Source: Candidatus Aegiribacteria sp.
GTDB taxonomy: Bacteria; Fermentibacterota; Fermentibacteria; Fermentibacterales; JCC-6
Assembly: GCA_023138735.1 (NCBI GenBank)
Contig: JAGLOY010000064.1
Location: forward strand, 15,567-79,566
Direction: 5' to 3'
DNA: 64,000 bases
Below are positions 55,892-64,000 of the stretch, piece after piece (position 1 is the first letter of the stretch; every line of letters starts with the position of its first letter). Below the pieces are notes generated by a model. That model was not told the origin of the DNA. It made no database searches and saw only the letters and a list, made by a program, of their open reading frames with translations. The position numbers and the translations under genes are program-made.

Positions 55892-56832
55892 TGCAGTTCA
55901 TCTTCTTCCGGTATGGCGTACCTTATTATGCCGTTTCCAAGATGAACCAGTCTGGCGGCAAAGTAAAGAAAGCGCCTCAGACCAAGACGGAAGTAAACGA
56001 ATCGACTGAAACGCTCAATCGGGTTACCCCTGTTTATTTCAGGTGGTTTAACCAGCCTTCTTATTGAACCGTAATTGCCTGATTGCCTGGCACATACCCT
56101 GAATCCACCTTTTTTTAGAACCGCGTCAAGAGTTACTGGCTGAAAGAAATACAGGTGGGCTGGAACGGAATCGGGCTCGATAGTACCCGGTCTTTTGCCT
56201 CTGAAAACAGCTTCTGCGATCTCCTCCCAGTGGTACAGTTCCCATGGACATTGAACTACCAGTATGCCATCGGGAGAAAGCAGTTCACGGATGCGCCTGA
56301 GTAAGTCATAGGGTCTGTGAAGGTGCTCAAGAACGTCCAGAAGCAGAATTACATCGAAGGAATGCTTTTCAAGATCAGCTGATTCAAGACTTCCCGTGTG
56401 CACCTGAAGCCCCAGTTTACTTCGGGCGAATGCTGAAGAGAGGGGACTTATTTCGACGCCCTGCACGTCCCATCCTCGCTTACCAAGATAATCCAGAAGG
56501 AATCCGTAAGCGCAGCCAACCTCAAGAAGCCGCCTTCCGGTGCTATGACGAAGAAGGTCTCGGTGACGTCTGCTGAAAATTTTCATGAATGTGTAATGGT
56601 ATTTTTCAAACGTCCGCACGTAACCCTTATACCCAACATCCCCATCTTCGTAATATGCTCTGCTGTACATATTTGTAAGCGCCTTTTCAGCAGGTCTCTC
56701 GGACAGATATACAAGACCGCATTCAGTGCATCGCACCACAGGCCATGTCTTCTGTACACTGAGCAGACGGCAGGAGCTGGAGCCGCAGAGAATGCAGTCA
56801 GTCTTTTCTCTCGGAAAGCTGCTCCAGTCCAT
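55888..56832 (-). CDS. class I SAM-dependent methyltransferase with N-terminal zinc ribbon
   Basis: CILCG...CTECG and LEVGCAYGFLL are present. Confidence 0.65.
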   Translation of the reverse strand: MDWSSFPREKTDCILCGSSSCRLLSVQKTWPVVRCTECGLVYLSERPAEKALTNMYSRAYYEDGDVGYKGYVRTFEKYHYTFMKIFSRRHRDLLRHSTGRRLLEVGCAYGFLLDYLGKRGWDVQGVEISPLSSAFARSKLGLQVHTGSLESADLEKHSFDVILLLDVLEHLHRPYDLLRRIRELLSPDGILVVQCPWELYHWEEIAEAVFRGKRPGTIEPDSVPAHLYFFQPVTLDAVLKKGGFRVCARQSGNYGSIRRLVKPPEINRGNPIERFSRFVYFRLGLRRFLYFAARLVHLGNGIIRYAIPEEDELQ

Positions 56833-56845
56833 ATTCTACCACTTC

Positions 56846-56989
56846 CTTGACGCGTCAACCCATCATGGGCTTGACATGAGCTTGACAGACACTTGACAAA
56901 GCACCAACTATACGGTCATCACAGTATTGTAAAAGATTGAATATCATAGTCCTGCAGTATCAGGGGTTGACAATTGTCAACCCCTTGAC
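56846..56989. promoter_or_regulatory. divergent intergenic region with six TTGAC(A) elements, three of them tandem, and two perfect palindromes (TTGACGCGTCAA; GGGGTTGACAATTGTCAACCCC)
   Basis: This is read directly from the sequence. It lies between the minus-strand methyltransferase and the plus-strand sigma-factor gene. Confidence 0.5.
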
Positions 56990-57093
56990 AGATTAGGCCT
57001 CTACGCATTAATCTGAATTGAGGCAGGAACCTTCTAACATCTTTTTGAATTATAATATGTGAGGCTGTACATAGCACATGAAAGGCGGCTCTT

Positions 57094-57936
57094 TTGGCGA
57101 CCAAGCGCACAGAAGGAAGATCACTGGAACTGTATCTCAGAGAAATCGGTAGTAAGGAGACTCTTTCATCTGCGGAAGAGGCTTCCCTTGCAAAACGTAT
57201 CCGTGCTGGTGAACAGGAAGCCCTGAACGAACTTACAGAGGCAAATCTCCGGTTCGTTGTCAGCATTGCAAAACAGTACGCGAATCAGGGTGTAGCGCTG
57301 GAAGACCTTATTAACGAAGGAAATGTAGGACTTATAAGGGCTGCCAAAGGATTTGATGAGAGCAAAGGATGCCGCTTCATAACATACGCGGTATGGTGGA
57401 TAAGGCAGGCTATCCTTCAAGCCCTTGCGGAGCAGTCAAGAATTGTGCGTCTTCCGTTGAATCGTGTCGGGGAGCTTTATAAAATGGGTCGTGCCGCAAG
57501 GGAGCTTGGCCATTCTCTCGGCAGAAATCCATCTACAAATGAAATTGCCGACGAGCTGGATGTATCCAGGGGTGATGTTGAAGGAATGATGTCGATACAC
57601 AGTACGCACCTTTCACTTGACAGCCCTGTTTACGAGGGCAGTGATAAGACTTTCCAGGAAATGATCTCCGATGACGACGATGTTCCACCCGATGAAGCTG
57701 TAGTCCAGACAGCCATGAAGAGAAGTGTCGCTGGAATGCTGGATATTCTTGACCAGCGTGAAAGAACTATAATCCAACTGTTCTTCGGAATAAACACCGA
57801 TAGAAGGCATACTCTTGCTGAGATTGGAAGAACAATGGGTATTAGCCGTGAGAGGGTACGACAGTTGAAGAACAGGGCTATTTCCAAACTCAACGACAAA
57901 ACCGACAGCAAGAATCTGCTGCTTTACCTGAAATAG
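57094..57936 (+). CDS. sigma-70 family RNA polymerase sigma factor (short RpoD-like, regions 1.2-4)
   Basis: It has region 2 TYAVWWIRQAI and region 4 TLAEIGRTMGISRERVRQLKNRAISKL. A TTG start is inferred. Confidence 0.8.
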   Translation: MATKRTEGRSLELYLREIGSKETLSSAEEASLAKRIRAGEQEALNELTEANLRFVVSIAKQYANQGVALEDLINEGNVGLIRAAKGFDESKGCRFITYAVWWIRQAILQALAEQSRIVRLPLNRVGELYKMGRAARELGHSLGRNPSTNEIADELDVSRGDVEGMMSIHSTHLSLDSPVYEGSDKTFQEMISDDDDVPPDEAVVQTAMKRSVAGMLDILDQRERTIIQLFFGINTDRRHTLAEIGRTMGISRERVRQLKNRAISKLNDKTDSKNLLLYLK

Positions 57937-57952
57937 GAGAACGGGTTCTTCT

Positions 57953-58861
57953 ATGCCAATAGGTACAATCCACTGGCTGCCACATAGATCAAGCAAGGTC
58001 GGCAGGCAGTTCATACTTACTGCAACCCGCCTGCGGCTGATGATTCTCAGTTCAGCGCTGTTCCTTACCGGTTTAGCCGCCCTTTTCTTTCATATTGGCG
58101 GATTGAACGAGAGGGGGCAGCTCACTGATAACAGGCGTAACGAACTGATCGTTTTCCAGGGAGAGCTGTATCAGCTTTCGGAGCGCGTCATGAACCTCCG
58201 GTTACAGCTCGAAGAAATCAGTACAAGGGAGAAGCAGGTACTTGTGGCAGGTGCAGGATTGAACCTCGATTTTTCACAGCTTATTCCGCAGACCTCCCCG
58301 ATGAGCGAACCTCCGGGAGATAATATGTTCAGATACATAGATGACCTGGAAATGGAGATCATGCTCATGGAGAGACTGGCCGCAGCCGAACAGATGGCGT
58401 ACGATTCGCTCGCATCCTATTTAATGGGGAAGGATACTGAGCTTGCAAGAATTCCTTCAATCTGGCCTGTCGACGGTATTTTTGTAAGCAATTTCGGCCC
58501 AAGGATAGATCCTTTCACCGGTGCTGTCCGGATTCATAAAGGGCTGGATCTTGCCTGCATTTCGGGAACACCTATATATGCTCCCGCTGATGGTGTGATC
58601 ACCTTCGTGGGCTGGACTGGCGGATGGGGTTTGAATATCGTTGTCAAGCACTCAGATAGAATTTCAACCAGGTATGCTCATTGTTCAGCAGCATGTACTG
58701 TTGTGGGGCAGGATGTTAACCGGGGAGACCTGATAGCGAGGGTAGGCTCAACTGGAAGATCGGTAGCTCCCCATCTTCATTACGAGGTTCTCATTAACGG
58801 TGTACAGGTTGATCCGGAGGATTACATACTCAGGGAGGGATCGGATTCAGCAGTTTTCTGA
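57953..58861 (+). CDS. M23 family peptidoglycan metalloendopeptidase
   Basis: HKGLDLAC...HLHYEV motifs are present. It has an N-terminal TM segment and coiled coil. Confidence 0.8.
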   Translation: MPIGTIHWLPHRSSKVGRQFILTATRLRLMILSSALFLTGLAALFFHIGGLNERGQLTDNRRNELIVFQGELYQLSERVMNLRLQLEEISTREKQVLVAGAGLNLDFSQLIPQTSPMSEPPGDNMFRYIDDLEMEIMLMERLAAAEQMAYDSLASYLMGKDTELARIPSIWPVDGIFVSNFGPRIDPFTGAVRIHKGLDLACISGTPIYAPADGVITFVGWTGGWGLNIVVKHSDRISTRYAHCSAACTVVGQDVNRGDLIARVGSTGRSVAPHLHYEVLINGVQVDPEDYILREGSDSAVF

Positions 58862-60062
58862 TCTCAAACATCTGTGGAAATGGCTCATATTCCCACTGGC
58901 TCTTATTCTCTTGTTTACCGCCTTTATTTTACAGACAGATCTGGAATATCCATTCAGAGGCGATGAAGAACACTTTATTTCCACAGTAGAGCTTTTCGGA
59001 GAAAATTATCATCCACGAACCGCCCTCGATTACCCTGAGGTGACCGGACCTCTTTTCTATTACATGTACGCTTCGTGGGGAAAGCTGACAGGTTTCAATC
59101 CTGCAAACCTCAGATTTCTCAATATGCTTCTCTCCGCTGTTACCTTCGTTCTTTTATACCTTCTGTACGGGAAAGTTCTGCAGGATCTGAAGATCGTTCT
59201 TCCAGGCCTTCTGCTGCTTCTCTTGAATCCCTACTTCTGGGGACTCAGCATGCATGTATTCACCGATATACCATCCCTTTTATTCATCGTCCTGATTGCA
59301 TTCGCAGTATACATCGGTACCCCTGTCCTCCTTTTACTTTCCACAGCATGTGCCCTTTTGATACGACAGTATTCTGTCTTTATGGTCATCTCCGCGGCGG
59401 CATACTATTTCATTCAATTCCGGACCCGCCATAGATTCGGGAAAGGTTCATTTATCGCTCTTATCTTCGGCGCGGTACCGCTGCTGGTGTTGATGTTACT
59501 CTGGAAGGGTACGGCACCACCCACGGGGATTCTCAGGTGGGTTATTGATGATGGTTCAGTGTACAGGCTCAGGTATATCTACATCTACATTATCTTCATC
59601 GCAGCCTCGTTATTCCCTCTTCTGATATACGCATACAGAATTCTGTTTATAAACAGAATTGTTATTCTGTCTGGTTTTCTGCTTTCACTGACGTACTTTT
59701 TCTTTCCAGTTCAGTCATCCTCTGTCACACTGGAGCAGACTGGGGGAACCACGGTGGGGTTGATGCATAGTTTCATTCGTGGAGTCCTGGATAACTATTA
59801 CCTTGAACAGTTCGTCTTCTGGATTTTCTGCTGGGCGGGATTTATCACTCTCGTCAGTATCATCCGGACAGACATTGCCAGAATGAAAACTGGAAAATGG
59901 GATTTCGGCCATTTCCTGACACTGAGTGTCATCATCTTCCTGCTCATCATGCCATTCTCTTACCAGGTCTGGGAGAAGTACCTTATTGTTGTACTTCCAT
60001 TCATTCTCCTTCGACTGCTGATGATGATAGGCGCCAGGAGGCTGTCCGACGTAACCTCCTGA
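58800..60062 (+). CDS. polytopic membrane protein, GT-C-fold (ArnT/PMT-like) glycosyltransferase candidate
   Basis: It has 10 or more helices. The start is uncertain because it overlaps the M23 gene. Confidence 0.4.
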   Translation: MYRLIRRITYSGRDRIQQFSDLKHLWKWLIFPLALILLFTAFILQTDLEYPFRGDEEHFISTVELFGENYHPRTALDYPEVTGPLFYYMYASWGKLTGFNPANLRFLNMLLSAVTFVLLYLLYGKVLQDLKIVLPGLLLLLLNPYFWGLSMHVFTDIPSLLFIVLIAFAVYIGTPVLLLLSTACALLIRQYSVFMVISAAAYYFIQFRTRHRFGKGSFIALIFGAVPLLVLMLLWKGTAPPTGILRWVIDDGSVYRLRYIYIYIIFIAASLFPLLIYAYRILFINRIVILSGFLLSLTYFFFPVQSSSVTLEQTGGTTVGLMHSFIRGVLDNYYLEQFVFWIFCWAGFITLVSIIRTDIARMKTGKWDFGHFLTLSVIIFLLIMPFSYQVWEKYLIVVLPFILLRLLMMIGARRLSDVTS

Positions 60063-60176
60063 CAGAAATTCCTGCCAATCCTGATAAAATTGATATATTC
60101 AATACTTACTCCCTGAAACTTCCCAAACGTACAAGGGATGTTTTACAGTGTGGTTAAATGTGCAAAGGATTATTTC

Positions 60177-60596
60177 ATGGCCGGTATCCTTGTAAGTGCC
60201 TGTCTGTGCGGTATCCCCTGCAGATACGACGGCAGATCAAAACCTGTTGACAGGTTCGTTGAAATGCTCCGCTGCGGTGAGTGCATTCCCTTCTGCCCGG
60301 AGAAGCTGGGTGGGCTTACCACTCCGAGAGAACCGGCTGTTCTATCGGGGGGGGACGGCTTTTCAGTCCTTGATGGAGCAGCAAAGGTAATCCTCAGTGA
60401 CACTGATGGAGACGTGACCGATGAATTTATCAGGGGTGCTGAGCTTTCGGTTATGTACGCCTCATCGCTGAATCCGGAGTCTATATATTTAAAGGAAAAA
60501 AGCCCTTCATGCGGTGTCAGGCGCGGGGTGAATATGCCGGGAGTTGCCGCGGCAGCCCTCATAAGATCAGGCTTCAGGGTGGAGGCGGTTGATTGA
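60177..60596 (+). CDS. DUF523 family protein (TudS-like Fe-S protein)
   Basis: It has the ILVSACLCG...CRYDG motif. Confidence 0.5.
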   Translation: MAGILVSACLCGIPCRYDGRSKPVDRFVEMLRCGECIPFCPEKLGGLTTPREPAVLSGGDGFSVLDGAAKVILSDTDGDVTDEFIRGAELSVMYASSLNPESIYLKEKSPSCGVRRGVNMPGVAAAALIRSGFRVEAVD

Positions 60597-61351
60597 AAAC
60601 AGAAGTACATCTCTGGGAACGCTATGGACCTCTTTTCTCACTGGAGGAGAGAGATGTCTACCCGGTTGACATGAAAGAGATCCAGTTCTACCTTGACCTT
60701 CGAAAAAAATACCCCGGGAAGTGCATTGAATTGGGAGCGGGTGACGGCAGGCTGACAGGAATATTTCCTGACGGTTCGCTGGTCGTTGCTCTTGAACCTT
60801 CCGCATCGATGCTCGGATCCTGGTCCGCTGAGAAGCAAATGAGAATTTCGCGAATCCGGGGCATTGCGCAGAACATACCTCTGAAAAATTCATCTCTGGA
60901 TCTGGTTCTGTTCCCGTACAACGGGATCCATTGCATTCTGAAGCGGAACGAAAGAAAACAGGTGCTGCGGGAGATAGCCGCAGTACTGAAACCGGGTGGG
61001 ATATTCTTTGCTGAAGCGTGTCCTGGATTCGATAAACGTCAGGATGAGGAAAGAAAAGAGAGATACGATTACAATGATGACTACACTTCACTGAAACTTG
61101 TGGAGTCGGTCCGACATGATTTCAAAAGAGGTTTGATTGTTTTTGACATGGAGTACTCTGGCTCTGCCGTAGTGGATGGTCCGATCGATATCAGCCTTGA
61201 ACTGGCTCTCATATCCGCAGGAGAACTGCTCTCTGATATAAGGAATGAGGGTATGAGAGTTACGGCGATCTGGGGTGATTATGATCTGGAACCCTGGGCT
61301 TCGGATGATTCACCAAGGCTCCTGGTAATGGCCGAGAGGAATGAAAAATGA
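60593..61351 (+). CDS. class I SAM-dependent methyltransferase
   Basis: Motif I is CIELGAGDGRLT. Confidence 0.65.
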   Translation: MKTEVHLWERYGPLFSLEERDVYPVDMKEIQFYLDLRKKYPGKCIELGAGDGRLTGIFPDGSLVVALEPSASMLGSWSAEKQMRISRIRGIAQNIPLKNSSLDLVLFPYNGIHCILKRNERKQVLREIAAVLKPGGIFFAEACPGFDKRQDEERKERYDYNDDYTSLKLVESVRHDFKRGLIVFDMEYSGSAVVDGPIDISLELALISAGELLSDIRNEGMRVTAIWGDYDLEPWASDDSPRLLVMAERNEK

Positions 61352-64000
61352 TTATTTTGATCAAAATACTGGTTATCGGTTTGATTTCTACAGGAATGTC
61401 CGATATCAGGGAACCATTTCCGTCCCCTGACGGCACGACAGTTGTATTCTGTTTCAGGGGAGACCTCTGGGAGGCTCCTATCTCAGGGGGCACTATGAGA
61501 TGCCTTGTACCCGGAGAAAGTACCGAGACATCACCCTGCTATTCCCCGGACGGCCGCTTCATAGCATTCACCAGCAGCAGAACCGGTGGGGGAGACGTGT
61601 ATATCATGGATGCTTCAGGCGGTGTTTCAACCCGCCTGACATATCATGCGGGGTCCGACAGGGTGCTCTGCTGGGGCGCTGCTTCCCAAAGCGTCTATTT
61701 TCAGTCATCAAGGGAGGGGGGAAGCTCATGGGTTTACTCCGTTCCTGTAACCGGCGGAACTCCATCTCCTGTTGCCAGGGTTGAAACCGGGAATATCTGC
61801 CTGCTGCCGGACGGTATGGCGATCGAGAGAGGGTTTACCAGCTGGTGGCGGAAGCACTACAGCGGTTCCGCCTCCAGAAAGATATGGACATGTTCCGGAA
61901 CCGACTGGGAGCTGCTGGATGCTTCGGAGCTTGATTCGAAGTGGCCCATGTATTCAGCGCTGAACGATGAAATACTCTTTGTCCGGGAGGATTCGCAGGG
62001 GCATGCCGCATTATGGAGCGTACCGGCGGGGGGAGAGCCCCGGCAGAGAACGTTCCTGACCGATGGGGATATAACATTTCCTGCTATTAACTCTACCGGT
62101 AGAACCGTCGTTTTTGAATTCAACGGCGGGCTTTACTCTCTCAATGTTTCCGACTGGTCTGTAACCGAAGTTCCGCTGTTACCTGGATCTGATTTTGCGT
62201 TTCCTCTTGAGTACGGAGATCTGGTCGGATTTATCACCGATTGCTTCGACATTGATTCCTCGGGTACACAGATCGCTGTAGTGGGAACCGGCGACCTTTT
62301 TGCGGGGACTATTGAGGATGGCAGTATAGAGAATATCGTGCAGATCTACTCAGGTGCCCCGAGAGCAAGAGATCCTGTCTGGAGCCCAGGCGGTATGACA
62401 CTTGTCTACAGTCTTGAACATGACGGGGAAGTTCAGCTGGCTCGAAGTATTTCCGAGAACAGTGATTCCCTGCTGGCGAATTCCACATTTCCTGAAACCG
62501 ACATCCTTTCTACCGCTTCTGATGTAGCATACAAACCGGAATGGGCACCCGATGGAGAACGGATATCCTATCTGGATCGGGATTCCAGAATGCATGTGTT
62601 CAATGTGATAACAGGTCATGACTTCACAGTCTGTGATACTCCGAACATAATTCACCATTCCTGGTCCCCCGACAGCAGGTGGCTTGCTTTCAGTGTACCT
62701 GTCCTTGCAGACAAGGAAGAGATCTTTATTGTACCTTCGGATGGCGGAGAACCACGCAATATAAGCAGGCATCCCAACGACGATTTTCAACCCTTCTGGC
62801 CCGATGACGGGCGCAGAATCCTGTTTGCGAGCCGGACGGATGATGGCGATTATTCCATTAAGCAGGTCTGGTTTTCAAGGGAGACATGGGACAGTGATTT
62901 TGACGAACGCGAGGTACTTCTGGATCAGCCGCTGGAAAGGGTTGATATCGAATGGGACGGGTTGCAGCGGAGAACCGAAACGCTTTGCACTGTGGAAGGT
63001 TATTACGATTTCTATGGCGCTTCTCCTGATGGCAGGACAATTGCGTTTCCCGGATGGGATGACCAGGGGAGAATGGACCTCTGGACCGTTGACTGGAAGG
63101 GAGAATCTCTTCAAAGGGTAACCCATTCAGGGGAGTATCCGGAGGACATTCAAGTAAACAATGAAGGTGATATCCATTACATTTCCCTCACCGGTTCAGT
63201 GCGGAACGCATCCACAGGTTCAGGTATAAGCGGCACACTCGGATGGCATATGCCTGTATGGCGCTCCATAACGGAGATCCAGACCCAGAAGTTCGATGAG
63301 GCATGGAGGCTCCTGAGAGACAATTTCTACGACCCTGGTATGCATGAAGTGAATTGGGATTCCGTGCGGACCATGTACCGGGAAAGAGCAATATCAAGTG
63401 TTATCAATGAAGATTTCAACGATGTTGTCAGAAGAATGCTCGGAGAATTGTCCGCTTCGCATCTCAGAATTTATGGACCCTGGGATTTCGATTCCTCTCC
63501 CGCCTCAGGTTCAATTGGTATCATACCCGATTGCAGCTGGGCCGGGCCGGGGATTCTTGTGGACAGTGTAATTCCCTATTCCCCTGCGGATCTTGAGGAT
63601 TCGCGCCTGTACCCCGGAGACATCATCATTACAGTTCATGGCATTGATGTAGGACCTAAGGATAACCTTTACAGGGCTCTTCTTCAGAGAAGGAATCGCA
63701 TAACAAGGTTAAGGATCAACCGTTCCGGTGATCTTTTTGATATAGATATCGAGCCCATTTCCGTCTGGGCTATCCAGAATCTTGTCTATGACGAATGGAT
63801 CGAAAGAAACAGAAGAGAAGTCGCGAGACTGACAGGAGGGAGGATCGGGTATCTTCACATACCCTCAATGAGTAGCAGTAGCGTTGAGAATTTCCTGGTC
63901 GACCTCTTTGCGGAGGGTCTCGGAAGTGACGGTATGATTATTGATATACGCAACAACAGAGGTGGCAATACCCACGATGAGATAATTCGCGAACTTGAGC
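61348..64000 (+). CDS. tricorn protease homolog (TolB-like beta-propellers + PDZ + S41 peptidase), 3' end outside window
   Basis: The frame is open from ATG 61348 to the window end. PD40-like repeats are followed by a PDZ domain and IGYLHIPSM...IIDIRNNRGGN. Confidence 0.7.
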   Translation, partial: MIILIKILVIGLISTGMSDIREPFPSPDGTTVVFCFRGDLWEAPISGGTMRCLVPGESTETSPCYSPDGRFIAFTSSRTGGGDVYIMDASGGVSTRLTYHAGSDRVLCWGAASQSVYFQSSREGGSSWVYSVPVTGGTPSPVARVETGNICLLPDGMAIERGFTSWWRKHYSGSASRKIWTCSGTDWELLDASELDSKWPMYSALNDEILFVREDSQGHAALWSVPAGGEPRQRTFLTDGDITFPAINSTGRTVVFEFNGGLYSLNVSDWSVTEVPLLPGSDFAFPLEYGDLVGFITDCFDIDSSGTQIAVVGTGDLFAGTIEDGSIENIVQIYSGAPRARDPVWSPGGMTLVYSLEHDGEVQLARSISENSDSLLANSTFPETDILSTASDVAYKPEWAPDGERISYLDRDSRMHVFNVITGHDFTVCDTPNIIHHSWSPDSRWLAFSVPVLADKEEIFIVPSDGGEPRNISRHPNDDFQPFWPDDGRRILFASRTDDGDYSIKQVWFSRETWDSDFDEREVLLDQPLERVDIEWDGLQRRTETLCTVEGYYDFYGASPDGRTIAFPGWDDQGRMDLWTVDWKGESLQRVTHSGEYPEDIQVNNEGDIHYISLTGSVRNASTGSGISGTLGWHMPVWRSITEIQTQKFDEAWRLLRDNFYDPGMHEVNWDSVRTMYRERAISSVINEDFNDVVRRMLGELSASHLRIYGPWDFDSSPASGSIGIIPDCSWAGPGILVDSVIPYSPADLEDSRLYPGDIIITVHGIDVGPKDNLYRALLQRRNRITRLRINRSGDLFDIDIEPISVWAIQNLVYDEWIERNRREVARLTGGRIGYLHIPSMSSSSVENFLVDLFAEGLGSDGMIIDIRNNRGGNTHDEIIRELE

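Noticed and set aside
1-64000. Genome-wide TGA reassignment (genetic code 4 or 25) as the explanation for the two in-frame TGAs
   Set aside because: Many genes in the window clearly terminate at TGA with a new RBS and start immediately after (for example 2126-2128, 5123-5125, 12088-12090, 38398-40000 overlaps). TGA is a normal stop here.
1-64000. CRISPR arrays, cas genes, restriction-modification or other canonical defence systems
   Set aside because: No regularly spaced direct repeats and no recognisable defence-gene signatures were found on either strand.

Overview
This is a 64-kb chromosomal window from an uncultivated bacterium. GC is about 50%, Shine-Dalgarno sites are strong, and genes are tightly packed with many ATGA/GTGA start-stop overlaps. 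Many secreted proteins carry T9SS-type C-terminal sorting domains, which points to a non-Bacteroidetes member of the FCB superphylum. The core of the window is housekeeping: trpS, cysS, rsmD, coaD, an aminotransferase, a short RpoD-like sigma factor, an M23 peptidase, a tricorn-like protease, and a type IV pilus pilMN-pilO-pilQ operon with a fused PilM-PilN. Several accessory features stand out. (1) An operon encodes a non-pyrrolysine MttB-family methyltransferase, a MetH-type AdoMet reactivation domain, a corrinoid protein and a zinc-type homocysteine methyltransferase. Together these look like a split cobalamin-dependent methionine synthase that takes its methyl group from a quaternary amine instead of methyl-THF. 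(2) Two T9SS cargo genes contain an in-frame TGA. Each TGA is followed at bacterial-SECIS spacing by a stem-loop with a G-rich apical loop. One of them sits in a thioredoxin-like G-U-S-S-C motif just after the only available signal peptide, making it a candidate secreted selenoprotein. (3) A recombination scar fuses a diverged second copy of the mttB promoter and 5' end to a near-identical 3' fragment of a phage Gp37/Gp68 gene, next to a strongly GC-rich (about 63%) secreted-protein gene. (4) A partner-switching module (STAS, RsbW-like kinase) sits next to a 1204-aa P-loop/HEAT/PP2C phosphatase. (5) A GNAT domain is fused to an uncharacterised domain of about 800 aa. (6) The divergent promoter upstream of the sigma factor contains six TTGAC(A) elements, three in tandem, with two inside perfect palindromes. 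No CRISPR array, transposase or integrase was seen.
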